Below the pieces are notes generated by a model, which saw only the letters and a list, made by a program, of their open reading frames with translations, was not told the DNA's origin and made no database searches. Source: a virus (taxonomy: Duplodnaviria > Heunggongvirae > Uroviricota > Caudoviricetes). Taken from it: DNA of 64,000 nucleotides. The stretch is from IMG/VR virus record IMGVR_UViG_3300020594_000001, positions 45,600 through 109,599 of that record, one strand, 5' to 3'. How positions within the stretch are numbered: position 1 is the stretch's first letter; each line of letters starts with the position of its first letter. The translations under genes and the position numbers were made by a program. Below are positions 23,520 through 32,823 of this stretch, piece by piece.

Positions 23520-25037
23520 CTATTCCTTCTCTTTGACCGCAACGGGCAACGGGCTGTATTTCGGTTTCGCTGCCTGCTTTGCCCGGATCACCTCGATCTT
23601 CGTCCACACCCTGGCAAGTTCAGCGTCGCCAGCATCGTGCATATTCAACGCATTGGCGAGGCACAGCGCTGCCAGCGTTGTCATAACCCCGCCAACCTCT
23701 TGGAAGGGCTCTCCCTTTGGGCGTCCGTAGACGTAATCGACCAGGGCGTGGGCGTCCTGGGCGGTGCAGCCCAGCGCTTGCACGAGCTCAAGAGACTCTT
23801 CGAGAAAGCGATGGTTACGCTCTTCACGATCGCCCGCGACAACTGGCCCAAAGCACTCCATGAGCCAGGGCTGAACGCGATTCTGGAAGGGTTCGCCAGT
23901 CTCCCAGATTGGCGAGCCCGCAGCCTTGTGCGCACAGCCTTCTGCGCGACAGTGGTCGCCGCGATCCTCGCAAACTTGATCGGATTTCAGCTTTAGCGCC
24001 ACACAATCATCCTGGGCTCTATACTCATACGCTGAGAAGCGTTCACGCCAAGCCTGCACTTCGCCAGAGGGCTGTGCGGCAACGGGGGCGATGTAGAGTT
24101 TTGACCCAGCCGGAACATGCTTGGCGTCGAACACGCAGTGAGTAAACGCGCCCGCAGTGACATTCGGCTCAAATGGCTGCGCCTCTCCCACCGGATCGAC
24201 GGGTTGTAGGCACGCCTCTTTAAATTGACGGATACCTTCGGCCTGATCGGCGAATGGAACACCGCCCTTGGTTACGACCAATTCAGGCACGGGTTTCACC
24301 GGCTCGGCAGTTTTCACAGCATCTTTGAACGCATCGCGGGTCTTGGCCATCCAATCATGCACTTCGTCTAAAGACGTCATTCCTCGACGTTTAGCAAATT
24401 CCCATTTCAACGGGTGGCTGGTCAGCGTTCCACGCTCAAGCTCCTCTTTACAAATAGCGAGAAAGTCAGCAGACATCGAATGTGACTTCACCGGCTCGGC
24501 GGGTTGTTGAAAAACAGGATCAGTAGAAACTGACACATGCCAATCTACCAATGCCTTTACCGCTTCTTTAGCATTTGGAAAACTATCAGCCGTGGAGTGT
24601 ATGTTTGTCAGCTCACGGTCTACAGCGTCTTTCCATTCGTTTGGCTCGGCGGGCTGTGGGGTGGTGTAAACCCTCACCGGCGACATAGAAGGTTGCAGCA
24701 TTGCGCCGTTATGGACTTCCACCTCAATGTCCGGGTATGTGTCGGTTGATGTGATATGTAGGGTTGCGCAAGCCTCCCCGCGCTGCTTAACCAGTTCACG
24801 GTATTTCTCAGCATCTTCCTTATCCAAAGCGTTGCGGGATCGAGCAAAATCAAACCCGTGCTTGAATGTTGCACGCTGCTGCCGGGCGTGGGCGATGAGA
24901 CGTAATACCGTGCTCTTGCGATACGCGGGTTCTTGGTCAATGAATCCGCTATCGTTGGTGGTCTCATACAAGCAGTCATGTTCAGGCAGTTCTATTTGCG
25001 CCTCGAACTCGGCGCGGTCTTTGTCTTGTTGGGTCAT
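23520..25037 (-). CDS. large hypothetical protein, 505 aa, with PAEP-type internal repeats and an all-alpha NTP-pyrophosphohydrolase-like C-terminus
   Basis: Repeated QPAEP/AEPVKP segments. The C-terminal FLEESLELVQAL...YGRPKGEPFQE is MazG/dUTPase-like; this is a weak call. Confidence 0.4.
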   Translation of the reverse strand: MTQQDKDRAEFEAQIELPEHDCLYETTNDSGFIDQEPAYRKSTVLRLIAHARQQRATFKHGFDFARSRNALDKEDAEKYRELVKQRGEACATLHITSTDTYPDIEVEVHNGAMLQPSMSPVRVYTTPQPAEPNEWKDAVDRELTNIHSTADSFPNAKEAVKALVDWHVSVSTDPVFQQPAEPVKSHSMSADFLAICKEELERGTLTSHPLKWEFAKRRGMTSLDEVHDWMAKTRDAFKDAVKTAEPVKPVPELVVTKGGVPFADQAEGIRQFKEACLQPVDPVGEAQPFEPNVTAGAFTHCVFDAKHVPAGSKLYIAPVAAQPSGEVQAWRERFSAYEYRAQDDCVALKLKSDQVCEDRGDHCRAEGCAHKAAGSPIWETGEPFQNRVQPWLMECFGPVVAGDREERNHRFLEESLELVQALGCTAQDAHALVDYVYGRPKGEPFQEVGGVMTTLAALCLANALNMHDAGDAELARVWTKIEVIRAKQAAKPKYSPLPVAVKEKE

Positions 25038-25213
25038 CAACCTTCCTTTAAATCACGAAGTTGCCCTTGCCAATCACAACCCATGCAGCAGCATTCGGCA
25101 TCGTCATCATGGGCTTTGCTGGAGTGGCAATAAAAACTGCCCGTGTTCACGTCATACGCAGTTCGCTCGTAGACCAGCAAATTGTCCGATCCGCAGTTAG
25201 GACATGTTTTCAT
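25037..25213 (-). CDS. zinc-ribbon protein, 58 aa (CPNCG...CHSS...CCCMGC)
   Basis: ATG at 25211..25213. Its TGA stop overlaps the downstream ATG, suggesting translational coupling. Confidence 0.4.
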   Translation of the reverse strand: MKTCPNCGSDNLLVYERTAYDVNTGSFYCHSSKAHDDDAECCCMGCDWQGQLRDLKEG

Positions 25214-25670
25214 GACTCCCCTCGATACGGCGGCGGGTAACTTCCCAGATCTCTACCGGGCCGTCCTGCGAATACACGGCGGCGTAATGCTGGATTTCCT
25301 CCCACGCCCGGTCACGCGTGCCTTCTGCCGCTGCCACAATGATTCCGTCTTGGGTAATCTGAAATTCAGCGTCCGCAGACATGGCGGTCTGGCAATCCGC
25401 AGACTCATACGTCGCTGCGAAGATTTCAGGCTTGCAGGGGTAGTGCTCGCCCTTAACACCGCGAATGATCCAATCACCGATACTGGCAACCATAAGACCC
25501 TCCAGCGTGCCTATCTCGACGTAAGAGCCTTTTACCCATCCGTCTGCTGCGTGTGCATGACCGTTGTGAAGGAACGCCTGCACCTCGTCAGCATTCTCGC
25601 CAGTCCACTGAATGGCTTCGATCACTACAGGCTTCTTGCGAAAGCGAACGGGTGCGTTATCCGTTGTCAA
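25197..25670 (-). CDS. hypothetical protein, 157 aa, probable TTG start
   Basis: A strong AAGGAG Shine-Dalgarno lies 7 nt upstream of TTG at 25668..25670. Confidence 0.45.
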   Translation of the reverse strand: MTTDNAPVRFRKKPVVIEAIQWTGENADEVQAFLHNGHAHAADGWVKGSYVEIGTLEGLMVASIGDWIIRGVKGEHYPCKPEIFAATYESADCQTAMSADAEFQITQDGIIVAAAEGTRDRAWEEIQHYAAVYSQDGPVEIWEVTRRRIEGSHENMS

Positions 25671-25935
25671 CGATCTTCTCCTTTACAGTGCCCACAGGGC
25701 CAGCCAACTCCAATCCGAGCAGGTCTTCAACGCGGGCGTCGCGCCATCGCATGTAGGTTCGCGAATAAAAGTTGTAAGGGTCGGGCGAGAACTGAGTAGT
25801 TTCCTCTTGGACCTGGAGCACGAGGGTGACCCGCTTATGAATGAGGCCGCGCACGTCAGGGCGATATCGCGTTTCGCCAGTGAGCTTGTCAGTCATCGCC
25901 TTTATCTCCGTTGTCGCCCCAGAACATGTAACCAA
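25657..25935 (-). CDS. hypothetical protein, 92 aa
   Basis: Minus-strand ORF. Confidence 0.4.
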   Translation of the reverse strand: MVTCSGATTEIKAMTDKLTGETRYRPDVRGLIHKRVTLVLQVQEETTQFSPDPYNFYSRTYMRWRDARVEDLLGLELAGPVGTVKEKIVDNG

Positions 25936-25980
25936 TGAGAATTCCCATGAACAGCGCGACCACCACCGACAGATCGCTCA

Positions 25981-26421
25981 TTACTGCACCTCAACCTTCG
26001 CGCAATACTTACCCTTCCAGCTGCGGTAAGCTTCCCGAAGTGCGGTCGGCGGCTTCGGGTTCGACTCTTTGTAGTCTCGACGGCGACGTGCAGCCACGGC
26101 GATCTTCTCCGAGACACACATGATGATCACTATCAGTGCATACGCGACTGCTAACAACGCAGCCACCCCAAGTGGTGGAATCAGAAATGCCCCGAGAATT
26201 GGGTATGGGAAGCCATCCGTCGAAAGCGCCATATAGAGAGAGAATGTAATCCCGCTATACATCGCCAGGAATAACCCAGCCAACAAGAGCACCTTGAACC
26301 CGCCCCAGATCAGCGCGCGGGTGAACGCGCAGATATCAGGCTTGGCGATGTATCTCCAATTTCCCCAACTCACAGCGAAGCGAAACGTCTTAGAGTTGCG
26401 GTCAATTTTGATGGTCTTCAT
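25981..26421 (-). CDS. integral membrane protein, 146 aa
   Basis: Several hydrophobic helices, for example LLLAGLFLAMYSGITFSLYMAL and LGAFLIPPLGVAALLAVAYALIVIIM. Confidence 0.45.
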   Translation of the reverse strand: MKTIKIDRNSKTFRFAVSWGNWRYIAKPDICAFTRALIWGGFKVLLLAGLFLAMYSGITFSLYMALSTDGFPYPILGAFLIPPLGVAALLAVAYALIVIIMCVSEKIAVAARRRRDYKESNPKPPTALREAYRSWKGKYCAKVEVQ

Positions 26422-26436
26422 GGTGTCCCTTGTTGA

Positions 26437-26850
26437 TTATTTGAATTGTGCAGCCCGCATGTCGGCTTGGTAATGAGTGCGCCAGTTTTTGGGCAAGTTC
26501 CCTGCTTCGACCAGATAGCGCAGCACCTCGCTATCGTCGTATTCGGTGTAAGGCGTGCCCCACTGGATCAGGTGTGCGTCTTTGTGAATCTTTCGTAGAA
26601 TGAACGTGTATCGACGCTTTTCATTGATCCACGGCGCGCGCTCCCAGCTTTGAGGCCGGGGTTCTTTGGCGCTGGAGCCCTTGGGCCACTTAAATGGCGT
26701 GCCACCGCGATTACCGCCGATCGCGACTTCGTGCCAGCGCTCGCCATCCCAGTAGCGGTTCGTCGTGTATCTGGAGTAGCCACGCCGGGTTACGTAAACG
26801 TCGGGCTTCGGTGGCGTTTCGGAATGCCAGTCGTATCGAATGGTGCTCAT
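26437..26850 (-). CDS. hypothetical protein, 137 aa
   Basis: Minus-strand ORF. Confidence 0.45.
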   Translation of the reverse strand: MSTIRYDWHSETPPKPDVYVTRRGYSRYTTNRYWDGERWHEVAIGGNRGGTPFKWPKGSSAKEPRPQSWERAPWINEKRRYTFILRKIHKDAHLIQWGTPYTEYDDSEVLRYLVEAGNLPKNWRTHYQADMRAAQFK

Positions 26851-27077
26851 GGTGTCTCGGGCTGCTTTGATGGGAACGGAAGAACGTCGTCGTGAAGGAT
26901 CTTTGCTTGGCTGAGGTTGTCGAGCGCCTTGATGACGTGGTCATCACCAAAGCGACCGCATTCATCAGCCAGAATCCCCACAACCTGATAGGCTTCAGCG
27001 CAGATTCGCTCCAGTTCAGCGATGCGTTTCAAAGCGCTGCCAGAGACGTAGCCCTTAACCTTTCGGGTTATCTTCAT
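26847..27077 (-). CDS. hypothetical protein, 76 aa
   Basis: Minus-strand ORF. Confidence 0.4.
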   Translation of the reverse strand: MKITRKVKGYVSGSALKRIAELERICAEAYQVVGILADECGRFGDDHVIKALDNLSQAKILHDDVLPFPSKQPETP

Positions 27078-27283
27078 TTCAACGCCCTCACCCGCTCGAC
27101 AAACTCTTCGGGCTGAACAGGAAATCCCCCTTCGCCCGTGAAGCTCAGTTGGCCCGCTTCGAACAGTTTGTCGAATTCGCGCTTGGCCTTGGCTTTGTTG
27201 AAGCCCATTTCTTCAGCGAAGATTTGCACCGCTTTCTGGTAGTCCAGCGCGGTAAGAAGCTGTTTCTCGTAGTTCATAGTCAA
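27074..27283 (-). CDS. hypothetical protein, 69 aa
   Basis: The palindromic motif at 27309..27327 lies upstream. Confidence 0.4.
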   Translation of the reverse strand: MTMNYEKQLLTALDYQKAVQIFAEEMGFNKAKAKREFDKLFEAGQLSFTGEGGFPVQPEEFVERVRALK

Positions 27284-27308
27284 GTAGAAAGAGTGGTGTC
27301 CAAGCCAG

Positions 27309-27327
27309 TATAGTGAGCGCTTACTTT
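27309..27327 (-). promoter_or_regulatory. palindromic phage motif AGTAAGCGCTCACTATA
   Basis: The minus strand reads AAGTAAGCGCTCACTATACTGG. Intergenic. Confidence 0.5.
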
Positions 27328-27682
27328 AGTTTTGGCGCAAATATTCATAAGCGAGTTTGCGAATTTCCCAATAGTGATCGGGGGCCGCTGGCCCGGTGCT
27401 CACGTCGTGGGCAAGATCACCGATGTTGCGCAACACTTCTTGCATCCGCTCATTCTCTTTCTTGAGCTTAGTCACGTAGTTGCCGTAACCATCCAGCACA
27501 TGGCGGCAGTCAGGGTTATCACAAATGTGGTCGGCGGTCTCCCAAAGCACACCCATCAGATAGACGTCCTTACGGCGCAGATTGCGCTTGCCCAGCTGGT
27601 GGGCAAGGTCGCTGGGCGCTGAGATAACTGCCTGGACTTGCATACGCATGGAATACCCACACTTGGGGCAGGAATAGGTCAT
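27326..27682 (-). CDS. Cys-rich hypothetical protein, 118 aa (CPKCG ... CDNPDC)
   Basis: Start trimmed to MTYSCPKCG. Confidence 0.4.
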   Translation of the reverse strand: MTYSCPKCGYSMRMQVQAVISAPSDLAHQLGKRNLRRKDVYLMGVLWETADHICDNPDCRHVLDGYGNYVTKLKKENERMQEVLRNIGDLAHDVSTGPAAPDHYWEIRKLAYEYLRQN

Positions 27683-27695
27683 CGGCAGTATCTCG

Positions 27696-28004
27696 TCAAT
27701 CCAGCCCGGTTTCGGGCGGTGCCACGCGGTAAAGGCGCGCAATTTCTTCGAACGCCAGCGCCATCTGCTCGCGACGCGCTTGCGACCTCGGAAGCCAGAA
27801 CGTAATGGCTGAGCGGTCATCATCCATGGGGGGGTGATGCAGTCGCTCAGACGAATGCAGGATCAGCTGAACCCCGTGGTAATCGATACCTGTGTTCGAG
27901 CGCTTCACGGTCGTGAGCACTTCACTGGTTTGCTCTTGGCTGTAAACGTTTATACGCATGGTTTGATCCCTTTCACCACGATTCAGTGACGACTTCACTG
28001 CCAC
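27696..28004 (-). CDS. hypothetical protein, 102 aa
   Basis: Minus-strand ORF. Confidence 0.4.
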   Translation of the reverse strand: MAVKSSLNRGERDQTMRINVYSQEQTSEVLTTVKRSNTGIDYHGVQLILHSSERLHHPPMDDDRSAITFWLPRSQARREQMALAFEEIARLYRVAPPETGLD

Positions 28005-28167
28005 ACTGAGCGCAGTTAAAGCCCTTCGTTACTTCGGTGCTGCCCGAAATGTCTTTGCCCTGGTAAAGCACCCGCACCTCATGCGGCATGTATTCGTTTA
28101 CACCGCCACAGTTTCGACACGTAATGCGTTTTGCAAGACTCATATCTTGCGCTACGATTTTCGGCAT
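27973..28167 (-). CDS. zinc-ribbon protein, 64 aa (CRNCG ... CAQCG)
   Basis: Two CxxC pairs; lies immediately downstream of rtcB. Confidence 0.45.
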   Translation of the reverse strand: MPKIVAQDMSLAKRITCRNCGGVNEYMPHEVRVLYQGKDISGSTEVTKGFNCAQCGSEVVTESW

Positions 28168-29367
28168 CTATGCCCCCTTCACGCAAAGAATCTGCTTCAG
28201 GACGTGAACCACTTCAACCAGGTCGCGCTGGTTTTCCATCACTACGTCGATGTCTTTGTAGCTACTGGGAATTTCATCCAGAACCGCATCATCTTTTCGG
28301 CACTCGACGCCACGCGTTTGCTCTTCGAGGTCAGCGACGCTGAAAAGCTTGCGTGCTTTACTGCGCGACATCTTCCGCCCTGCCCCGTGTGAACATGAGC
28401 AATACGAATCCAGATTGCCCTTTCCACGCACGATATAGCTCTTCTGGCCCATCGAACCAGGAATGATGCCCAGATCACCCTCACGAGCTCGAATCGCACC
28501 CTTGCGAGTCACCCAAAGGTTCTTGCCGAAGTGGTTTTCGCGTGCCACGTAGTTGTGATGGCAGTTGATCGCTTCCTGGGTAATGGTGAACTCAACGGGA
28601 ATGTGTCGTCGCAGGGCTGCGATTACCGCTACCATCATTTCAGCCCGATTTTCCAAGGCGTATGCTTGGGCCCACTCAACTGCCTCCATGTAATCGTTGA
28701 AGTCGTCGGTGTCTTCAGGAAGGTATGCCAAATCGCCATCAGGCAAGTGAATAAAGAACCGCTCCATCGTGCGCTTAGCCTTTGCGATGTAGTGGTTACC
28801 GATCATGTTGCCGATACCACGCGAGCCCGAGTGCAGCATGATCCAGACATCGTCATTCTCGTCAATGCAGAGCTCAACGAAGTGGTTGCCGCTACCCAGA
28901 GTGCCAAGCTGCGCGGTAGCTTTCTTCGCAGCTTTGTGGGCGCTTTCGCTGCCCCGCTCGCCGAAAACTTCCTGAACACTTGGAGGGACATCAAGTATCG
29001 TGGCTGGCCCCCTGCCCTGCTTGTGCGCGCCACCGGCACCCAGCGGCACGTCGCGCTCAATCTGATGACGAATGCTCACCAGTGAATCGGGCAGATCAGA
29101 CGCCTTCAGAGACAGGCGCACAGCGTTCATGCCGCAGCCGATGTCAACACCGACAGCGGCGGGGATAATTGCCTTATCAGTGGCAATAACCGAACCAATC
29201 GTCGAGCCCTTCCCTGCATGAACATCGGGCATCAACGCAACGCCATTGCCAGCGATGAACGGGAGCCGCGCGAGGTTCTTGGCTTGGTTCAGCGCTTCTT
29301 CCTCGATATCGTCGGTCCATACTTTAATGGGGCGAGGCAGGGTCTCGTCGTGAATCACTTTCATCAA
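28168..29367 (-). CDS. rtcB: RtcB-family RNA 3'-phosphate ligase
   Basis: Family motifs MPDVHAGKGSTIGSV, CHHNYV and SHGAGR; 399 aa. Confidence 0.8.
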   Translation of the reverse strand: MMKVIHDETLPRPIKVWTDDIEEEALNQAKNLARLPFIAGNGVALMPDVHAGKGSTIGSVIATDKAIIPAAVGVDIGCGMNAVRLSLKASDLPDSLVSIRHQIERDVPLGAGGAHKQGRGPATILDVPPSVQEVFGERGSESAHKAAKKATAQLGTLGSGNHFVELCIDENDDVWIMLHSGSRGIGNMIGNHYIAKAKRTMERFFIHLPDGDLAYLPEDTDDFNDYMEAVEWAQAYALENRAEMMVAVIAALRRHIPVEFTITQEAINCHHNYVARENHFGKNLWVTRKGAIRAREGDLGIIPGSMGQKSYIVRGKGNLDSYCSCSHGAGRKMSRSKARKLFSVADLEEQTRGVECRKDDAVLDEIPSSYKDIDVVMENQRDLVEVVHVLKQILCVKGA

Positions 29368-29539
29368 TTATTTCTCCATGAATTGCGTCATACCACTGTC
29401 TATGCTCATCATATTGAGCACACCAAGGCATATGCGGGTGCGACTCAGGGCGACCGTTTAGCGACCACGCATGACCGCCGCAATTGCAAAAGTTCTTAAA
29501 CGTCCGCAGCTTTAATGCGTCATCCCTGGTCATTACCAA
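29324..29539 (-). CDS. hypothetical protein, 71 aa; overlaps the rtcB start so its own start is uncertain
   Basis: ORF track only. Confidence 0.25.
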   Translation of the reverse strand: MVMTRDDALKLRTFKNFCNCGGHAWSLNGRPESHPHMPWCAQYDEHRQWYDAIHGEIIDESDSRRDPASPH

Positions 29540-29874
29540 GCGCCCCAGTTTGGATCGGAAGCTGATTCGTGCACACGAATATCAACGAGTATTTCGGCAT
29601 CGTTATCATCCACGTCAACACGCGCTATTCGCTGAACAAGATAGGGTTTCAACCCCGAGCCCACGAAAAAGCGAAATACGAATCCGCAGAACACCATGTC
29701 GATATAGTCAGCATGCTTCCAGTCTGCGTCCGAGGCGATGAACGTTGCGCGCCCTGATTCATCTGCTTGTCGTAGGTAATCAAGCGCTTCGTGGATCAGA
29801 CCGAAACACGTAATCGATCTTATGTCATCAGGCCAGTCGAAAAGTTGCTTCGCTAGATGCACCCGAAACGTCAC
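29533..29874 (-). CDS. hypothetical protein, 113 aa
   Basis: Minus-strand ORF. Confidence 0.4.
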   Translation of the reverse strand: MTFRVHLAKQLFDWPDDIRSITCFGLIHEALDYLRQADESGRATFIASDADWKHADYIDMVFCGFVFRFFVGSGLKPYLVQRIARVDVDDNDAEILVDIRVHESASDPNWGAW

Positions 29875-30161
29875 TGTGTCGCTCCGTCGCCTCGGTAAAC
29901 AATCTGGCTGTTCTTGGCGGGAAACTCAATCTCGTCTGCTGTCTTGAGTATGGCTTGCGCCAAGAGGCGCATGTATGGCGCAGGGTGAGAAATGCGGACT
30001 TCGCCAAACCACTCTTTAGAAGCAGAGTCTGTGGTGCGAATAATGACGCTACCCGGAAAATCAGGACAAGGCCCTACGTCGATCGACACATCTTCCTTAT
30101 CGACATAGACCTTTCGAACCACTTCAATTACATAGTCGCTTTTGCTCATGCCTGCCACCAC
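29871..30161 (-). CDS. hypothetical protein, 96 aa
   Basis: Minus-strand ORF. Confidence 0.4.
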   Translation of the reverse strand: MVAGMSKSDYVIEVVRKVYVDKEDVSIDVGPCPDFPGSVIIRTTDSASKEWFGEVRISHPAPYMRLLAQAILKTADEIEFPAKNSQIVYRGDGATQ

Positions 30162-30586
30162 TCGACTTTCTTCATCCGTTTGGTCATTCCGTTCTCCAGC
30201 ATCAGGTGTGATCCATAGTCATGACACACAAGCTTGCCATTGAGTAACCCGTAGTTCTGACGTTTGAAATCAGTTAAGAACACGGGCATCTTTTCTGGAT
30301 ATTGACGGTCTTGGGCAGGCACTGTGCGCTTCATAATTAGCACCGAGCCACACGGGCTAATCTGCTCGCATGGCGCAAACCAGCGCTCGAACTCGGTGCC
30401 CTGAACTCGGTGCCATGTCTCCCATTCGACGACGTTCTGAAAGTTTCCCGCGCTGTCTTCGACCTTGATGACGCTGTTAGGCAGCAAGCGACTGCTGAAC
30501 GTCGTCCTGCTCATGCCTGAGCCTAGCTCCTGGTCGCACAGAAGACGAAACGCCTCTTTGTGTATAAAGCTGTTCTCACTCACCAC
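30146..30586 (-). CDS. hypothetical protein, 146 aa
   Basis: Minus-strand ORF. Confidence 0.4.
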   Translation of the reverse strand: MVSENSFIHKEAFRLLCDQELGSGMSRTTFSSRLLPNSVIKVEDSAGNFQNVVEWETWHRVQGTEFERWFAPCEQISPCGSVLIMKRTVPAQDRQYPEKMPVFLTDFKRQNYGLLNGKLVCHDYGSHLMLENGMTKRMKKVEWWQA

Positions 30587-30855
30587 AAATCCTCCGAGAA
30601 CAAACAGTGTTCGGGGCCAGTTTTGACTTTAATCTGGCCCGCAGCTTTGGCAATCTGGCCTCCCTCGTATCGGTCGACAAATCGCCCATAGCTTGTTAGA
30701 AAGCCCTGGTCTGCAGCGTTCTCGCTGCTCTCGCCATTGCGCCCGTTATCTTCATGCATCATCCAAATGACATGGTGATGGCGGTTTGGCGCGGGAAGCG
30801 CATAGAGTTCGCCGTCTGGGTGCCTGATTGCGGCAGCGACGATCACCTCAGCCAT
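30580..30855 (-). CDS. hypothetical protein, 91 aa
   Basis: Minus-strand ORF. Confidence 0.4.
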   Translation of the reverse strand: MAEVIVAAAIRHPDGELYALPAPNRHHHVIWMMHEDNGRNGESSENAADQGFLTSYGRFVDRYEGGQIAKAAGQIKVKTGPEHCLFSEDLW

Positions 30856-31072
30856 AGAAGAACCCCATCAAGAACATTGCGACAACCCCGCCTCCAATCC
30901 ACGCAGGAACCACCGCGAAGGGAATGCGGTCTTTCAAAATCGCGAGGTGCATCACCAGAAAACCGCCCGCGACCCAAGTGAGCCACATTATTGGGAAAAC
31001 AGCGTGCGCCATTTCAGACATACCTCGTTTTGGACAAAAGATACCAGCGACGCCCATCAGCGTCCTTGCCAT
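30848..31072 (-). CDS. small membrane protein, 74 aa
   Basis: Hydrophobic segments GFLVMHLAIL and VVPAWIGGGVVAMFLMGFFYG. Confidence 0.4.
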   Translation of the reverse strand: MARTLMGVAGIFCPKRGMSEMAHAVFPIMWLTWVAGGFLVMHLAILKDRIPFAVVPAWIGGGVVAMFLMGFFYG

Positions 31073-31475
31073 TGCCGTTCTGGGAATGCAACGCCAAATA
31101 AGCGCTTACTTTCCACCCGTCGGTTGCGTGGCCCTGCTCGGTGGCTGCAGCAATAAGCATCGCTTCTGCCGCCTCTTCCCCTCCCTTGCTCCACCTGGGT
31201 GGCAGGTCAACTTCGGTGTAAAACTTGAACAACTCTCGCTCCATGGTTTTGCCAACGCGATCAAGACCACGCACCGTGCATTCGATAGCGGGGCGAGCCT
31301 GAAGCGCCGAAAGCGCCCGAGAAAACTCCTTATGGCTGATACGCAGTTCCACGAACTCGGTTCTACTACTTCTGTCTTCAATTCTGATGGTTACGCCGTC
31401 TTCACCGTCTTCGCACCCACCGATCTTCGGATAACTAATACTTAGGGTTGCATCTATTTCTTTGCTAAAAGACAC
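31014..31475 (-). CDS. hypothetical protein, 153 aa
   Basis: Minus-strand ORF. Confidence 0.4.
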   Translation of the reverse strand: MSFSKEIDATLSISYPKIGGCEDGEDGVTIRIEDRSSRTEFVELRISHKEFSRALSALQARPAIECTVRGLDRVGKTMERELFKFYTEVDLPPRWSKGGEEAAEAMLIAAATEQGHATDGWKVSAYLALHSQNGNGKDADGRRWYLLSKTRYV

Positions 31476-31695
31476 CGTAGCTCTCCTGTGTTTTCTTTGC
31501 TTGAAACTCGCGCTCTTGCTCGATCATTTCGCAAGCTGCGGTATTCATCATTTCATCAACCGTGTCCAGGCTGAACGAGTGGTGTCTACGCTCACCACCC
31601 CAGCCCATACCACCGCTAATAAGCGATGCGGCCTTTTCCACCGCGCTCATGCGCTCCGACATGATCAGCTCTTCGAGCTCTGCCAGGGCGTCCAT
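31465..31695 (-). CDS. hypothetical protein, 76 aa
   Basis: Minus-strand ORF. Confidence 0.4.
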   Translation of the reverse strand: MDALAELEELIMSERMSAVEKAASLISGGMGWGGERRHHSFSLDTVDEMMNTAACEMIEQEREFQAKKTQESYGVF

Positions 31696-31922
31696 CAGTC
31701 TGCTTCTCCGACAATGCAGCCCATTCCGGTCTTGAAACCTAACTCGTTCTCGACCCCGAAGATGATTACGCGGTCACAAACAATTTTCTTTTTAATGGGC
31801 TCGCTGTATAGCAACTTGCCGTTATACGAGACGTTCAGGGTGTCATTCAGGCGCAGGTGTATGGGCCCCACCTGCGCGTCCCTGAGTATCTTGAAGCCCC
31901 TGCTTTCGAGAAGAGAAACCAT
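31695..31922 (-). CDS. hypothetical protein, 75 aa
   Basis: Minus-strand ORF. Confidence 0.4.
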   Translation of the reverse strand: MVSLLESRGFKILRDAQVGPIHLRLNDTLNVSYNGKLLYSEPIKKKIVCDRVIIFGVENELGFKTGMGCIVGEAD

Positions 31923-31963
31923 GCCTGCACCTCATGAAGCCCGGGCGAACCCGGGTTTGATCG

Positions 31964-32821
31964 CTACCTTACGTTGACAAAGGGCAGTGCCGACCCAGGG
32001 ACCATGGTTGCGGGCAATTTTCCGTCCCACTTATCGACCGCGTTCAGGCTGACCAGATTGGTGTTTGCCGCCAATGCTTTCGCCCGCGCTTCGATTGCAT
32101 ACGCTTCAGCGTCGCCCATAACCTTGATTGCCTCCGCTTCTGCATTTGCTTCTTTAAGTCGGGATGTGGCGCGTCCCTCTGCTTGGGCTACCGCAATCTG
32201 GGCATTCACCAATTCACTCTGGAGGTTCTGGTTCTTGGTGGCGATTTGGACTTCTGCCAACATGCGCTGCTCGACCGAATCTTCGTATGCTTGAGAAAAA
32301 GCGATTTCCTCAATCTGAACTCCCGCTAGTTGAATGGCGGGCACCGACTTAAAATCAGCCTTGAGTGCTTCAAGCACCTGTCGCCCGAAGCTTTCTCGCT
32401 CCTTAATCGCGTTCATGGCCGTGAATTTGCCAAAGACGTTTTTAACCACGTCATAGGTCTTCGGTTCGACCACCCGCGCTTGTAAGTTCCCAGCGGTGCC
32501 ATACTTCGTGTAGACATCGGCAACATGCGCGTCGATCACACTCCACGTAACCGACACGCGCATGGTCGCAGGCTGTTGGTCAGCACTGTAACCTTCGAGA
32601 TCTGTGAAGGTCAGCTTGGTGTCTCGTGTTGAAATGAACTTGACGTCTTCGATGAATGGCGTCTTGAAGTGCAAGCCCGGGTCGGCTACGTCGGTTACCT
32701 TGCCATAGCGTAGCTGCACCGCCCTTTCACCCTGGTCGACGGTGTAGAAGCTCCCGAACGATGCTGCTGCGATGATTAGACCTGCCAGAATGGCGAAGCC
32801 TGCGATCAGATGTGCTCTCAT
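31964..32821 (-). CDS. SPFH/band-7 family membrane protein (HflC/prohibitin-like)
   Basis: N-terminal transmembrane segment, then the SPFH core (YTVDQGERAVQLRYGKV ... ) and a C-terminal coiled-coil-like region. Confidence 0.65.
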   Translation of the reverse strand: MRAHLIAGFAILAGLIIAAASFGSFYTVDQGERAVQLRYGKVTDVADPGLHFKTPFIEDVKFISTRDTKLTFTDLEGYSADQQPATMRVSVTWSVIDAHVADVYTKYGTAGNLQARVVEPKTYDVVKNVFGKFTAMNAIKERESFGRQVLEALKADFKSVPAIQLAGVQIEEIAFSQAYEDSVEQRMLAEVQIATKNQNLQSELVNAQIAVAQAEGRATSRLKEANAEAEAIKVMGDAEAYAIEARAKALAANTNLVSLNAVDKWDGKLPATMVPGSALPFVNVR

Positions 32822-32823
32822 TT

